Source: Candidatus Nitrosopumilus koreensis AR1 (lineage in GTDB: Archaea; Thermoproteota; Nitrososphaeria; Nitrososphaerales; Nitrosopumilaceae). From it: a stretch of 32,000 nucleotides of DNA. The position numbers and the translations under genes are program-made. The notes below the pieces were generated by a model, which made no database searches, was not told the DNA's origin, and was given only the letters and a program-made list of their open reading frames with translations. The stretch is taken from contig NC_018655.1 of the NCBI RefSeq assembly GCF_000299365.1, forward strand, positions 30,001-62,000, read 5' to 3'. Below, piece after piece: positions 30,189 to 32,000 of the stretch. The number at the start of each line of letters is the position of its first letter. Position 1 is the stretch's first letter.

Positions 30189-30923
30189 TTGGGTAAGAGA
30201 CCATTAGTAAGAAGACGTGGCCGTGGAGGAAATCAATTTAGATCTACATCTACTGGAAAAGTAGGCACCAAAGCAAACTATCCTCGTTTCTCATTATCTG
30301 AACAACATGAAGGAGAAATTATTGATCTTGTTCATGAACGTGGAAGAGAAGCACCTTTAGCTAAAGTTAGATTTGAAGATGGATCAGTATCATTTGTTCC
30401 AGCGGTTCTTGGTGCAAAAGTTGGCACAACTTTGCAATTTGGATTAAAATCAAAAATTGAAAAAGGAAATGTAATTAGCATTCAAAATATTCCTGATGGT
30501 ACTATAGTCTGTAATATTGAAAAGCACTTTGGTGATGGTGGAGCAATTGTAAAATCTGCAGGAACTGATGCAACTGTTTTCTCTCATGGTGATGAAGGTG
30601 TTACTGTTAAACTTCCTTCTGGAAAATTTACTACTCTAAATCCAAAAAATAGAGCCATGATTGGAACCCTTGCTGGAGGCGGATCTAGTGAAAGGCCATT
30701 TATGAGTGCAGGAGGTAAATGGAGAAACTTCAAAGCTAAAGGAAAGAAATATCCAATAGTCAGAGGTGTTGCTCAAGCAGCTTATGTTCACCCACACGGT
30801 GGTGGTCGTCATCAACATGTTGGGCAAAGTTCCACTGTTTCTAGAGATGCTCCTCCTGGAGCAAAAGTTGGAAGTATTGCTGCAAGAAAGACTGGTAGAG
30901 CTAGAATTAAAGAAAGAAAGTAA
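30189..30923 (+). CDS. rpl2: 50S ribosomal protein L2 (uL2)
   Basis: 244 aa; MGKRPLVRRRGRGGNQFRS (TTG start), FRSTSTGKVGTKANYPRF, VAQAAYVHPHGGGRHQHVGQSSTVSRDAPPG. Confidence 0.95.
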   Translation: MGKRPLVRRRGRGGNQFRSTSTGKVGTKANYPRFSLSEQHEGEIIDLVHERGREAPLAKVRFEDGSVSFVPAVLGAKVGTTLQFGLKSKIEKGNVISIQNIPDGTIVCNIEKHFGDGGAIVKSAGTDATVFSHGDEGVTVKLPSGKFTTLNPKNRAMIGTLAGGGSSERPFMSAGGKWRNFKAKGKKYPIVRGVAQAAYVHPHGGGRHQHVGQSSTVSRDAPPGAKVGSIAARKTGRARIKERK

Positions 30924-30973
30924 TTTTCTATTTGACCCAAAATTGATTAATAGCTCCAAACAATCTTTGTTAA

Positions 30974-31252
30974 ATGTCAAATCAACGAATTAGACTTTTT
31001 GTAACAGGTAGAGTTCAAGGTGTTTTTTTTCGTCAGACGTTGAAAACAAGAGCAATACAAAATGATGTTTTTGGATGGGTAAAAAATCTCAAAGACGGTC
31101 GTGTTGAGGCTGTTTTAGAAGGAGATGAAGAAAATGTCAGCCGTCTAGTTGAGTGGGCTCATGGTGGCCCTGCAAATGCGATAGTTGAAGATGTAGAAAT
31201 CCGTAATGAAAAATTTACTGGCGAATTTTCAAAGTTTGATGTTTTGTATTAA
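30974..31252 (+). CDS. Acylphosphatase
   Basis: 92 aa; RLFVTGRVQGVFFRQTLKTRA, GWVKNLKDGRVEAVLEGDEENV. Confidence 0.96.
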   Translation: MSNQRIRLFVTGRVQGVFFRQTLKTRAIQNDVFGWVKNLKDGRVEAVLEGDEENVSRLVEWAHGGPANAIVEDVEIRNEKFTGEFSKFDVLY

Positions 31253-31581
31253 TGAATTTGTTCGTATGCTTCTTTAATCAAATCGCCAAATTCAGAAATT
31301 TGTTGGTCTTTATTGATTTGAATAATTCCTACAGGTTCTTTTCTATTCTTCTGAATTTTTATGATCACACCTTCTTTTTGAGGCTCTATGTCTGTAAACC
31401 ATCGAAATGTCATTGATTTGCAAAAAACAACTCTGTGCATTCTGACATCTTCAACCACATTTTCTCCTAAACCAAAACAAAATTCTCTAATTGAATCAAA
31501 AAGCGGTAATACTTGAGTGGGAATTTGTTTTCTAAACTCTTCATAACTTCTTTTGTTTCCAAATGAAATCATTCCTTCCAT
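31249..31581 (-). CDS. Conserved hypothetical protein (possibly DUF5655-like)
   Basis: 110 aa open frame, compositionally coding-like (ISFGNKRSYEEFRKQIPTQVLPLFDSIREFCFGLGENVVEDVRMHRVVFCKSMTFRWFTDIEPQ); family assignment is tentative. Confidence 0.55.
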   Translation of the reverse strand: MEGMISFGNKRSYEEFRKQIPTQVLPLFDSIREFCFGLGENVVEDVRMHRVVFCKSMTFRWFTDIEPQKEGVIIKIQKNRKEPVGIIQINKDQQISEFGDLIKEAYEQIH

Positions 31582-31674
31582 GAATTTGTAAATCTGAATT
31601 TAGAACAGGGCACGGCTGGCACCCCGATCCTACCTACTACCAATTTTTCTAAAACAAAGTATGCTATATTTGCA

Positions 31675-32000
31675 TTAGGTTTGATTCTCTTTTAGTTTCA
31701 ATACCATGTTGCAAACTGAGCATACATTTCCTGTACAATCATTGCCGCATTTCTTACAAATCATTTTTTCTTTATAGTTTGTTTCTTTTACGATGTTTGA
31801 TACTCTGAGAACTGATTGATACAAATTATTTTTAATTCCACTATGTTGTTTTTCTAATGAATTTAGAAATTCACGAATTTCTGTTCTTATTCCCTCATTC
31901 ATGTGAGGACAAGGTTCTGATTGAAATGGAATGTTATTTGTAAATGCATAAAATACTATTTCTGATTCGTATATCTCACAAAATGGTTTGATTTTTCTTA
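31675..32000 (-). CDS. TtuA/Ncs6/CTU1-like tRNA 2-thiolation protein, C-terminal part (5' end beyond window)
   Basis: The frame stays open upstream of the track's ATG at 31902: ...RKIKPFCEIYESEIVFYAFTNNIPFQSEPCPHMNEGIRTEIREFLNSLEKQHSGIKNNLYQSV...ICKKCGNDCTGNVCSVC. This has the KPL-x-E-x-E, C-P, RxxIRxxLNxLE and terminal zinc ribbon layout of the family. Confidence 0.85.
   Translation of the reverse strand, partial: RKIKPFCEIYESEIVFYAFTNNIPFQSEPCPHMNEGIRTEIREFLNSLEKQHSGIKNNLYQSVLRVSNIVKETNYKEKMICKKCGNDCTGNVCSVCNMVLKLKENQT

Noticed and set aside
30636-30980. 114-aa minus-strand ORF
   Set aside because: Antisense to ribosomal protein L2, composition typical of a shadow ORF.
1-32000. Defence system, phage, transposon or integrated element
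   Set aside because: No integrase, transposase, terminase, Cas, restriction or toxin-antitoxin genes recognised; both tRNAs are intact with no duplicated 3' ends nearby.

Overview
The window is a compact, AT-rich archaeal chromosome segment. Gene content and protein sequences fit an ammonia-oxidising Nitrososphaeria/Thaumarchaeota (Nitrosopumilus-like) genome. It encodes a partial aIF2-alpha, six cobalamin-synthesis genes (adenosyltransferase, CbiA, CbiC, CbiX, CbiG, CbiD), an NAD-dependent epimerase-like protein, bacterial-type MetK, an Sm-like protein, a RadB/RecA-like ATPase, an Lhr-type helicase and an RPA-like OB-fold protein. It also encodes an ABC-2 exporter with disrupted reading frames, a nucleotide-sugar dehydrogenase-like protein, tRNA-Gln(TTG), a DUF354-like protein, GrpE-DnaK-DnaJ, a HAD-like phosphatase, tRNA-Leu(CAG), GatE/GatD, an MBL-fold hydrolase, CDC48 with a C-terminal YYR, ribosomal protein L2, acylphosphatase and the C-terminus of a TtuA/Ncs6-like thiolase. 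I saw no CRISPR array, transposon, phage module or clearly novel multi-gene system. The points most worth a second look are: the two frame disruptions in the ABC exporter, two small ORFs missing from the supplied track (39 aa membrane, 54 aa Cys-containing), an unusual two-domain CbiX whose N-terminal half has lost the metal-binding histidines, a GC-rich intergenic island near 31.6 kb, and the partial TtuA/Ncs6 gene that the track truncates.
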